Part shown: positions 25,400 through 36,665 of the stretch, piece by piece
Layout: the number at the start of each line of letters is the position of its first letter
Numbering within the stretch: position 1 is the stretch's first letter
From: Takakia lepidozioides
Taxonomy: Eukaryota; Plantae; Bryophyta
DNA length: 64,000 nucleotides
Assembly (NCBI GenBank): GCA_030704615.1
Contig: CM060731.1
Coordinates: forward strand, 23,870,001 to 23,934,000
Direction of reading: 5' to 3'
Program-made: the position numbers and the translations under genes
Notes under the pieces: model-generated
Database searches by the model: none
Seen by the model: the letters and a program-made list of their open reading frames with translations, nothing else
What the model was told of the DNA's origin: nothing

Positions 25400-26020
25400 A
25401 TTTTAGTATCCCGTACATAGAGAAGGCAAGATGGTAATTTCCAATCATGATTATCCATAAAAAAAAATGGCAAGCTACAAATGTGTTTGGATTATGGGAA
25501 ACTCAACGTGGCAACAACAAAAATAAATAAAATACAAACAAAAGAAAAAAACCAAACAAACAAACATTTCCATTACCCTTCCTTGATCAAGTTTTAGAAA
25601 CCGTAGCCGGCCACGAGATGCATAGTTTTATGGACAAGTTCAACGGATACAACTAGATGAAATTCAAAGAGGTGGATCAAAGGAAGACGACATTTATAAC
25701 AAGTGGGGGACATTTTATTACATATGATGTTATATCATTTCGGGTTGTGCAATGCTCATGTCACATCTTATGAATCATGTTAGAAAACTTTCCAAAAATT
25801 ATTGAATGACTTTATGTAGGTTCCCTTGACGATTTTAGTTTCTACAAGGAGTCGAGTGGTTGAGTGACATGGAATCTGCAAAAATACCTAAAATTATAGT
25901 GTCGCAAAGTGGGGGAAGCCTTGACCCAAATAATGGTGTGGAATTTTATGAGGCATTCTCTAGGTTATCTTATATGTAGATGAGACCTACTAATGGACCC
26001 AAAGATAGCTTCTTGATACC
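25400..26020 (+). mobile_element. Ty3/Gypsy reverse transcriptase relic
   Basis: KKNGKLQMCLDYGKLN, FPLPFLDQVLETVAGHEMHSFMDKFNGYN, KTTF, FGLCNA and DDFS, with stops and frameshifts. Confidence 0.85.
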
Positions 26021-26544
26021 ACTTCTTGATAACCCAAAATGGTTGAGGGGCTTTTTAGAGTAGACTCCTCACAAACACTCATTGCACTCAATGTTCAAGG
26101 AAGGAGTTCACAATTCTTTCTATTTGCAAAAAATCAGAACCTTTTGGTCTATTTTCTGCGACATTTGTTGCAAGACTATGATATTGGTTTTGTTTATGAG
26201 GGTTGTGTGTTTTTCCCTTTTTTTTTATCAGACCTACAAATTGACTCTTGGGAGATAGTATCTCAATTCGAAAGGAAAACAGTAGCATGACTACCGAAAA
26301 TGACATCTCCAATTGTTGTCCATTTTCTGCTATGACTACACACACTTCATGCATCTTTTGACGCAACTTTGTCTCATAGACCTTTGATAAACTTGTAATT
26401 GCATACTATCCAAACTACGGGGAAATATGTAAAGGTAGATAGATATTTTGCTAGTCAATCGATCATCTAGCATTGGGTGAGGCTGTCAAGCTTAGACTTG
26501 GTAGAACTAATAAGAAAGAGAAAGTGTATGCTTGATCGAGTAGA

Positions 26545-26655
26545 TTGAGTCATTGAACTGATCGAATCATTGAATCATTGAACCATTGATTGAGCACGAA
26601 TCATCGAATCATTGAGTGGCTCGATTTCAGTTGATTGACTAAGGTCGATCGAGAA
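26545..26655. repeat. Degenerate short tandem repeat (ATCGAATCATTGA-like)
   Basis: Repeated aatcattga/atcgaa words. Confidence 0.6.
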
Positions 26656-28719
26656 TGACGATACGTGATTACGTGGTGGTGACCACCTCAATAGGGTCTT
26701 TCACCTTCAAGAGGTTATGTTGAACCAACAACAACCTAATAGCCGGGTAAGGGACAAAGACCCCTAGGCTGCATTTGCAGCTAACATTGACCTCACATTG
26801 TCGAATTTTCCGACTCGTTGAACCCAAGAACAATGGGAGCTCATCTTCGATGTCTTCTGTATCTGGGATTCCCTCCTCTTGTCTTAACTACACTTGCACC
26901 TTCCGCCTCATATGAATTTGGATCACCAACTTGCTCATCTGAAGATAGTTGTGCAATATGCATGTCAATCATTTTTTTTTGTGAATTATTGCTCCACCTG
27001 AGCAGTTTGGCCTGGGCCTAAGTCGCATATTGGCAGTAGGGATGATGCATTCAAGTCTCTGAAGAAATACTTGGACATGTTCCAAACATTTTTGTCATTT
27101 TCTTCAATATTTTACTTCCATTACAATGAATGTGGAGATACTTGCATCATTTGAAAGAAGTTCATCAAGCGAACATAGGCAGTGAAAAATTGAAGTTGCT
27201 TTCCTTCCAAGCTATTTGATAACATCACTTGACATAACATTTGCAAATATTTCAAGTCGAGTTTCTTTGACACCAACATCTTGCACACGGTACACCACTA
27301 ACAAAAAACTAAAATTTTACTTATATATGATGTACTGTGTAAGTTCAACCTTTCTAGTGCACCAGTGGAACGGTGTGCGAGTTAGGAACAAGTTGCAATG
27401 AGCAAGACTCTCTCTCGTGAAAGAAAGATAAACTGCAACGATCAAGACTCTCAGTCTCTCTCTCGTGAAATAAAGTTTGCAAAGTCAAATGATTTTTCTT
27501 TGAAAACACCTAGCTTTGGCCTGCCGATGGATCACCTTCCAGCAAGGGCTAGGCAGCAGCCAAATATTGCTTACTACAACAACTTTATTCTTCCTGGTAT
27601 ATTTACTACTTGTTTACAAGATTCTAAGTGGAGCAATAATGGCTAGAAGCAAAGCTACGATAATGATCACAAACGGCTAAAAACTCGTCTACAATCACCA
27701 GAGCTCATAATAATTTTTCACAATGGAAACAACCTTGAATTATGAACTTTCATATCATTCTTAAATTCAAATGAAGACAATCCTACTGAATACCAACAAT
27801 GAACACCAAGTATAGAGTCATTCAATATCTAATTAGCAACCGAGGATGCAACCATAACCATACTCATGTCAACTTCGATTAGGCCCACCTTTCACCACTT
27901 CTTTCATGTCACCAGTGATTATAGTTTCACCCTCACAAACTCATTGTCCCATCATTGTAAACAACTTGATAATGACCTACATCTTGGATATTGTAGTTGA
28001 TCAATGAAAGTGTAAAAGAAATTGACATGGTCCTTAACATTGAAACAACAATATTAAATTCTATAAAAGTTGAGGTTTACATTAAGTGCAAAGCTGAGAC
28101 TCAACAACTCTTTTGTAATTTAAATGTTGAGCTGGCTCCGATATTGTACTCCGATGTGTTCTAGGAAAAACAAAGGAGCTGTACTTATGGCGAGCAGAGC
28201 TCGCATCTACCAAAGACAGGCAAACACAACCTAATGATGGTTGTAAGAGCATGAACTTCAATCATTTGTAAAAGACGATCCAAAGATTTCATTTCACGTA
28301 GATTGAAATGACTAACCAATTCAAATTCAAATTAGACCATGGCAAGTGGTGTAGCCATTTCTAAATTTGATGGAAAGCCTTGCCTAATGAAGCGATCTTC
28401 ATTGAAGTATTTGGAAGCTTCGAGATTTGAGTGCTTACCTAGAAATTTTGAGTCATGAGTTCAAACAAGATAGGCAACATTTTGTAAGTATGTATGCTAA
28501 GTGTGAGAGGATGGTGATCAATGCACTTGGAAATAAAGACAACACAAATATTGTCATAATCTGTGGAACATATACCACACAATAACTTAGATAATTATAT
28601 ATGCATAAGCAAATCTTGTCTTCCATTTGTAATTAATTGAAATCTATATTTGACATGTCTACAAAAAAAAGACCGATATTGATAGAATGATAGATAGATA
28701 GAGGTATATATATACACTA

Positions 28720-28775
28720 CTAGAAGGCAGTAGCCCTTGTGGTGAAGTGACACCATAAGTTACTCTCCTTGGGAG
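28720..28775 (-). mobile_element. Helitron-like 3' terminus
   Basis: On the minus strand a hairpin (CTTATGGTG-TCACTT-CACCACAAG, 28736-28759) lies 12 nt before CTAG, which is followed by T. A related degenerate copy is at ~20521-20580. Confidence 0.5.
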
Positions 28776-29739
28776 GCGTCATACTTACACTATAAATAAT
28801 CATTGCTATTAAATTTGTAAGATGTTTGGCTATTCTCAAAAATTATAAATAATAATTTTGTAACTTTTTACATTTTTTCACCAAAAATACTACACACCCA
28901 ATTATATTGTTAAAACTTGTGCAATGTTTGGTCAAATGAGTATTCACTTTTTGTATCTTTGATTGGATCCTCGCTTATTGTGCGGAGAGAATAGCCTCAT
29001 CTTGAATTCGGTCTTGTAGTTGCATAAAATTTAAACTAACTCTTCAATTCTATTGTGCATAGACGCCATCGATACTATCCCCAACCTAACCTCCAAAACT
29101 TTGCTCCATGTTGCATCATTTGATAATTTTTCACCTTGTTAGTAGCAGTAATGATGACATTTGCTTGCACTCCATCCAACCAAGTATTGTGTATTGAAAC
29201 GTTGCAGCATGAGCACATAGCTGAAAATTTAGAAGGTCATCTTTGTGCCCCCTCCCAAACGGAGAAGACTACGCTTACCCCATGAGTTGAATGCAAGCGT
29301 GGGAGCCTTGCCGGTACGGTCGCCGGGATGGCCGTACGGTTCCGGCAGGGCGCGCTGTCAAATGCCCACCTCCCGCTGCTCCCCTCTCACCTACGAGCCT
29401 GTATTTTAGGATAAAACATTAAAAATCAGAGGTAAGGTAGAAAGTGGATGGTAGTGTGGTGATAGGCTACGTGGTGGTGAGGTAAGAGGTTCAAAATGTT
29501 GTAGTCAGATAATGATGATTACACATGCGATTAAATTGAATTTTTTCATCTCCAATATTTTTAAGTTCAAGTGCTCTGCTCCCCTGTTCCCAATGTCCCT
29601 CCTTGTTCCCAAGCCCACTCCCCTATTCATATCCATGTCCCTTGTCCTCGCTCCCCTATTCCCGGTCCCCACTCCCTTCCTCGCCCTTTGGAACGCGGCT
29701 CACTCCCCTGTTCCCGGTCCCCGGTCCCCTCCTCGCCCT

Positions 29740-30008
29740 TGTAGAAGAAGTAGTTAGTCTATACTCAGATTAGGTATTACTATTAGTTAGTAGCATCTAG
29801 GAGGTCTGAACAGTGAAGACTCTTGGTTCTAGATTTGAATAGATAGATCTAAACAGGTATGTTTGAGATCTCAAGAGGTGAACCTCTTGCACTGTGTAAA
29901 CTCTGAGCTCGGGGGAGAAGCCGATCATCTTGTTCTTGATCATAAGGCTTCTATGGTTGGGAGGAGAGCTCCACTGTTTAATATTTTTTTTTTTGGTTAT
30001 TTACTATA
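29740..30008 (+). repeat. Copia 5' LTR (TG...TA)
   Basis: Near-identical to 33817-34085; followed directly by tRNAiMet-type PBS. Confidence 0.95.
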
Positions 30009-33000
30009 TGGTATCAGAGCACTTTGATAATCAAATGCACTTAGTAACTAGTCCTTCCACCGCAATGGCGAGCTGGGACAAGTTGGCCACAATATTTGAG
30101 ACTAAAGATGTCATGTCAAATGTGTTTGCCACTACTCGTTTTTATAGTCTAAAAATGAGTGAAGTAGAGAGTGTAGAGTTACACTTGAGTTCCTTCAATG
30201 TCTTGAGAAGACAACTAGAAGCAGTAGGAACTAAGGTTTCAGATGAGCATGCAACAGTAGTGTTGCTTGGGTCATTACCAGAGTCTTATGACGGGTTTGT
30301 AGTGTCACTAACAGGGCAAAACAACCTATCGGTGGATAATGTCATAGGGCTATTACTTAAAGAGGAAATAAGAAGAAAATGCCAAACATCTACAGGAGTA
30401 GATAAGGCATTATTCTCTGGAAAGTTTGGTAATAAGAAGGCGTCTTGGAAGTCCCCTAAAAAACAAGAGGTAGGAGAATCTAGTGAGTCTGGATATAAGA
30501 AGAAGTCTAAAATAAAATGCTTTTACTGTAAGCAACCTGGTCATATGATCAAAAACTGCAGAAAACGAATGGCAGAGGAAAAACAAAATGGTGATAGTAC
30601 TTCACAAGCAACTCTAGCTACTAGAAAAATGGCTAGGAAAGACGGTGCTGTGTTATTTGTAGTCTCCCTTTTCAGCTTCTTCTGGTCAAAGTGACATATG
30701 GTATGTAGACTCTGGGGCATCACAGCATATGACCCCGGACAGAGATAATTTTCTAGCATACAAAACAATTTCTCCTACTCAATATATGTTATTAGGTGAC
30801 GACAGTAAACATCCTATTAGTGGAGAGGGCATTGTGTCAGTTATGATAGACCAGGGTGAGATGAGAGAGATAGAAGATGTCTTGCATGTTCCTTCCCTGA
30901 CTAAAAACCTCCTTTCTGTGAGAAAGATTGTCATCGCTGGTTATAAGGTGTTATTCCACAATAGTCAATGTCTCATTTCAGATGAGCAAGGGAATGTGGT
31001 GGCAAGTGCCATACTGGAAAATGATCTATACAAGTTACAGATATTTTGTACAGTTAAGAGAACTCTTGCTACACAATCCGAGAGGACTATGTCAGAAACA
31101 AAACTATGGCATAGAAGACTAGGACATCTTAGCACTGAGAAACTGAAACAATTGAAAGACCTACACCTAGCGGAAAGGCTCTCATTAAAGGAAGTAGAAC
31201 AGACCAGTCTATGTAAGGGTTGTATAGAAGGAAAACAACATCGACAAAAATTCCCAAAAGATGGAGGTCAACGTGCAAATAGTCTGTTGGAGGTTGTGCA
31301 CTCAGACGTGTGCAGCCCTATGCAGACAAAGTCGCTCGGTGGAGCCATCTACTTTGTCACCTTCATCGACGATGTTTCAAGAAGAACAACAGTCAATTTT
31401 CTGAAGCAGAAAAACCAAGTACTAGATAAATTTAAAGAATACAAAGTTCTTACAGAGAAACAGACAGGGAAAACCCTCAAAACTCTGAGGTCAGATAATG
31501 GAGGGGAATACATTTCTAATGCCTTTAACCAATTCTGTAAAGATAACGGAATAGTGAGTATTAACGGTTCCATATACACCTGAACAAAACGGTGTTGCGG
31601 AGCGGAAGAATAGGTCTCTACAAGAGTGTGCTAGGAGCATGCTCAAGCAGGCTAACCTGCCTAAGTATTTTTGGGCGGAAGCAGTGGGAACTGCAACCTA
31701 CCTTCAAAATAGAACGCCTATAAGAGTCGTCTCGGGAATGACTCCAGAAGAAGTGTGGACAGGTGTGAAGCCAAGTGTATCGCACTGTAAGGTGTTTGGG
31801 TGTCGAGCCTATGCTCATATCCCAAAAGAGAAGAGACAGAAACTGGATTCAAAAAGTGAAGCCTGCATTTTCGTATGCTACACAGAAGGAGTTAAGGGAT
31901 ATAAACTGCTTAAGGAGAAAACAAAGATTGTCTTTCATAGTAGGGATGTTGTCTTTGATGAAGCAAGTACAACTTTTCCAAGAGTGGGAGAAGAACCCAA
32001 TCAACAAACAAGTTTCCAATCTAGTGACAAGACACCTAATGAGATTTCAATAGAATCTGAAGAAGAATGTGAAAATCTCCCTGTGGTTGAAGATGAAGAG
32101 GAGGATGAAGCTAGTGAGGAACAAGTAAGTCCACTTCTGCGAAGGTCACGAAGGGAGAGAAAAGTTCTTGAGAGGCTTATCACGTCGATGACAGCTGTTG
32201 AAGCCGTGAGAGGAGAAACCCATTGATAGAACCTGCTACCTACGAAGAAGCAATGACAGCCCCTGATAAGGTTAAGTGGGAGCAGGCAATAAACTCTGAA
32301 TTCAATTCGCTAATACAGAATCAAACATGGTCACTTACTGACCTATCCCTAGGACGTAAAGTTGTTGGGTGCAAATGGATCTTTAAGATCAAGCTCAAGT
32401 CCGACGGGAGTGTTGACAGGTATAAAGCGCGGCTGGTTGCTAAGAGTTTCTCACAGGTACAAGGTGTTGACTACAACGACACTTTTTCACCTGTTGTAAA
32501 AATCACTTCAATAAGAGTATTAATGGCATTGGCAGCCGAGAATGATTTTGATGTCCATCAAATGGATGTCAGAACAACGTTTCTCAATGGCTACCTACAA
32601 GAGACCATTTACATGGATCAGCCTCAAGGTTTTATCAAACCAGAGAACAGAGACAAAGTCTGTAAATTACATAAGACGCTCTACGGGCTCAAACAGTCTC
32701 CGAGAGCATGGTACGAAAGGATCGATACTTTTCTTCTAACATCTGGATTTAAGAAGAATGTTGCAGATACAAATGTCTACAATATCCTTACACAAGGAAG
32801 TCGATTGGTTATATTGGCCTTGTATGTGGATGACGCTTTGCTGGTCAGCAATGATGGTCAAGGATTACTAGTGCAGTTCAAAGATAAACTGTCCAAGGAG
32901 TTTTCCATGACTGATATGGGTTCAATTCAATTTTGTTTTGGCATACAAATCAGTAGAGATAGAGTAAATCGTACTGTTTTTATGCATCAAGCTAAGTACA

Positions 33001-33816
33001 TTGAAACTAAATTACTGCAATTTAAGTTAGAGATAAGTAAAGCAGTCTCAACTCCACTAGAAGCAGGCCTAAAGCTCACAAAAGAGATGTGTCCTCAAAC
33101 TTAAGAAGACACAGAAGATATGACAAAGGTTCTATATCAGAGTGCCGTGGGTAGCTTAATGTATTACATGACTTGCACAGTTCGTCTCACAGTTTCTTTC
33201 GAATCCTGGTGAGACCCATTGGAGAGCAGTCAAGAGGATTTTTAGATACCTCAGAGGAACGTCAACGATGGGATTACTCTACAAAGGAAAGGGGAGAACA
33301 AGTCTGGAAGGCTATACAGATTCTGATTGGGCAGGGGATTTCGACAGCAGGAGTTCGACATCGGGACATTGTTTCACTCTTGCAGGTGGAGCTGTGTCGT
33401 GGTCAAGCAAGAGACAGACTGCAACAACGCTTTCATCAACGGAAGCGGAATACATGGCAGCCACTCAAGCGGCCAAAGAGGCTGTGTGGTTAAGAAAGTT
33501 ACTAGGAGACTTGGGTCATAAGCAATCAGGAGCAACAACTATGTATTGTGATAATCAGAGTGCAATAGCACTAAGTCAAAACCCTAAGAGCACATAGAAG
33601 TGCAACATCATTACATAAGAGAGATAGTGACCAAAGAAGAAGTAAACATAGTTTACTGCGCTACAGACGACATGGTTGCAGATATCATGACGAAGAGTTT
33701 ACCAAAGCTCAAGCATTCGAAGTGTACTACTGAGCTTGGCCTTAGCTCGAGTCTACAGTAGTTCAAGAACATACACAGAGGCTTTACAAACTGATTAAGA
33801 CCTAACTAAGTGGGAG

Positions 33817-34085
33817 TGTAGACGAAGTAGTTAGTCTATACTCATATTAGGTGTTACTATTAGTTAGTAGCATCTAGGAGGTCTGAACAGTGAAGACTCT
33901 TAGTTCTAGATTTGAACAGATAGATCTAAACAAGTGTGTTTGAGATCTCAAGAGGTGAACCTCTTGCACTGTGTAAACTCTGAGCTCGGGGGAGAAGCCG
34001 ATCATCTTGTTCTTGATCATAAGGCTTCTATGGTTGGGAGGAGAGCTCCACTGTCTAATAAAAATTCTCTTTGTTATTTACTATA
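33817..34085 (+). repeat. Copia 3' LTR (TG...TA)
   Basis: Preceded by AAGTGGGAG PPT, followed by TSD GCCCT. Confidence 0.95.
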
Positions 34086-34699
34086 GCCCTCTGGAATGTG
34101 CTTGCTCCCCTGTTCCCGGTCCCCGGTCCCCTCCTCGCCCTATGGAATACGGCTCGCTCCCCTGTTCCCGGTCCCCACTCCCCTCCTCGCTCTGTGGAAC
34201 ACGGCTCGTTCTCCTGTTCCTAGTCCCCGCTCCCCTCCTTGCTCCCATGTCCCAATGGGGAGGAGCCGGGAACAGGGGAGCAAACTTGGAGAATGTTTGG
34301 GAACAAGGTCCTAAAGGTGGGGGGAGCATGAGGAGGGAACAAGAGCATTCCCCACCTTCCCAAATAGGGATGAAATTTGACTGGTAGGCTGCGGGAGCCT
34401 CTAGGAGCTCCGGCCAGCAGGCCCCACACGCTTGCCTTAAACTCGGCGGGGTAAGCTTAGTCTCTTCCCTCCCAAACCACCCAATTGTCGACTTGGAGGG
34501 TCACTTTATACTACGGTCCAATAATTCTATTGATTGAGGGCATTTTTTTTTTTTTTTTTTCCCCTTGTGTCATATTGGCTTTACACTACATACCAATACC
34601 AAGAAATTAAGAATGACATTGCATCTAAGTGGTGTCAATTGAACGGAACCATGTTTAAAATTTGGAGGACCAACTCTTGTACCCTAGACCAATGGTTTG

Positions 34700-34830
34700 A
34701 GTCTTGGTCTAGCAGTCTTGGTCCAAGGCTTGACACACACCCACTTTGGTCCGTAGGATGTCAATAGTTTAGTGTGCATGTAGAGACCAATGGTTTCTTT
34801 GATCTTGGTCCATAGTCCAAAGCGGCCTTT
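34700..34830. repeat. Partial copy of the 50.3-50.7 kb MITE family
   Basis: GTCTTGGTCCAAGGCTTGACACACACCCACTTTGGTCCGTAGGAT closely matches 50582-50628. Confidence 0.65.
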
Positions 34831-36278
34831 AACCCTTAAGTGCCCATTAGGCCCATGTTGGCCTTTGTTTGTGGTTTTTGGATGTGAATTTTTCAAATTT
34901 TAACCAGTTGAGCTGAAATTTGGGCTTGCGGATGCCGTCCACTTGGCGGACATTACGTTGGATGGAAGATCCCACCAAGATGAAAATGGAGCAGAATCAG
35001 CAAATTTGGAAATCATCCAGTCATCCATTTCTTGAAAATAGACATCCCATTTGGAATTGTGATGTGGGGGGCCAACAATGGGCCCACTTTCAGTGGCCTT
35101 TTTCTGGCTTTCCACCTGATTTCCCTGCAAATTGGCATGTCCCTGCAGCAGGTAGGTACGCATCTAATGTGCTGTCAGGATTTTAAAGTTCTAAATTTTC
35201 CAAAATTTATAAGGCTTTTTTTGCTCAGGGGTCAGGCTTTTTTCCAAAATGACTGCTGGGCGCTTAAGGGTTACCAGATTTATCCAAGTCTTCCAACCAA
35301 TATGCATAAACTGATAAAAAAAGAGAAAAAATAGAGGTTGAAAAAATAAAAATAACAGAAAAAAAGGAGAAAAAAAGCCTGTCAACAAACAATTTTGTTA
35401 AAAAATAGACAGTCTACCAAATAAAAATGCCAAATTGGAGGACTCGACATAAAATCAAGCAGATAAGAACATGGAGGGAAATAGAAAATAGACTAAGGAC
35501 CAAACAGAAATAACTAGCACTGGTTGGTAGCTACTAGCTACCAGTGTTTTTTTCTGAAACAAAACCATCTGGTAGTGTTTTTTAACCTGCCAACTTCCTG
35601 GGTCCAGCAAACTTTGAAGAAAAGGCGAAGAGTAGACAGCGGAATCATAAGTAGATGCCCTGAGAAGAGCTAACTGCAGTATGGGTGGTTGTTGTGGTTG
35701 GGTCAGCGAGGGATGATCCTCTGCGGGGCTGGATGGAGAGGAGTGCAGAATCCTGTGCAGGGATGCAGGATCCAAGGTCCCAGGTGGGTTGTCAGCGACG
35801 AGGATCAAGCGCTTGCAAAAATACGTGAAAAGTTAAAACACTTGGGTGGTTCATGGAAGGCCTTATCACGAGGGGTTGACCGCGCCTCATTCCTCCGGTA
35901 AGTACAGCTACATAGCCTCACAACTTACAAGCCAGTAATGTATGATATCGTCCAAAATCCTGCAGGCTTTGATGAAGCCAGTCGAGAGACACAGGTTGGT
36001 GGAGGAGTCTGCGGAGGGGAGTTTGGAGAAGGAGCTGGTGAAGCCGTGCAATCATGAGAGCACGTGTCACAGCCCTGTGTAACCTTCGCATTGATGTTTG
36101 TAGGTGTAAATGGGTTCTCAGATCTTTTCAAGTGCTGCATTTAATCTTTTTTAAAACCCACCGCGTCTCTTCCATCTGCAACTTCTCTCCCTTTAATCAA
36201 AGCTGGAATCCAGTTCTCTACCGCAGCACGTAACAATCATCATTAGAGCGTGTGCCTTCTCTCCACTCATGTAGCGAA

Positions 36279-36468
36279 AGGCCTTTTTCTCTCACCTACA
36301 TTGAAAGATCAGGGATAAGCAGTCACTTCTTCGCGGGTCCTCAGAATAGGAGCAGTACTCGAAGTCAAGTCACCAGGCCTTTCTCTCACCTACATTTGAA
36401 GATCAGGGATAAGTAGTCACTTCTTCGCGGGTCCTCAGAATAAGAACAGTACTCGAAGTCAAGTCACC
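36279..36468. repeat. Tandem duplication (~95 bp x2) upstream of the SCPL gene
   Basis: 36279-36374 and 36375-36468 are nearly identical. Confidence 0.93.
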
Positions 36469-36665
36469 AGCACGTTACTAGCTTAGGGAGAGACAGAGCT
36501 GGTGCACACACAGTACCCTTGAGTTGCCCATAAGTTGCACACTCACTCACTGTGCAGAGAAAGGAGAAAGGAGAAAGGAGAGCTTCGAGGAATTGTACAC
36601 CTTCGGCACCTGGAGAGACGTTTGCAGTTGAGAGGCGCAGGAGCATTGGGGGGAGGCTTAGAGAG

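Larger units (their letters stand above)
29740..34085 (+). mobile_element. Ty1/Copia LTR retrotransposon (gag-PR-INT-RT-RH, disrupted)
   Basis: Two 269-bp LTRs; TSD GCCCT (29735-29739, 34086-34090); PBS TGGTATCAGAGC 30009-30020; PPT before 33817. Motifs CFYCKQPGHMIKNC, WYVDSGA, WHRRLGH, RSDNGGEY, LYVDD, YTDSDWAG. Confidence 0.97.
29261..34468. mobile_element. Non-autonomous Mutator-like element (~0.86 kb without the nested Copia)
   Basis: Imperfect TIRs GGAGAAGACTACGCTTACCCC...GCAAGCGTG and (rc) GGAAGAGACTAAGCTTACCCC...GCAAGCGTG; 9-bp TSD CTCCCAAAC at 29252-29260 and 34469-34477; internal C-rich subrepeats. Confidence 0.85.

Noticed and set aside
26700-28500. Possible decayed DNA-transposase on the minus strand
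   Set aside because: Only faint hints; no motif could be read reliably.
28715-28730. CACTACTAGAA as a CACTA TIR
   Set aside because: No partner TIR found; the hairpin + CTAG|T arrangement fits a Helitron end better.
35169-35387. Possible small hAT-like MITE
   Set aside because: Inverted ends short and degenerate, no TSD.
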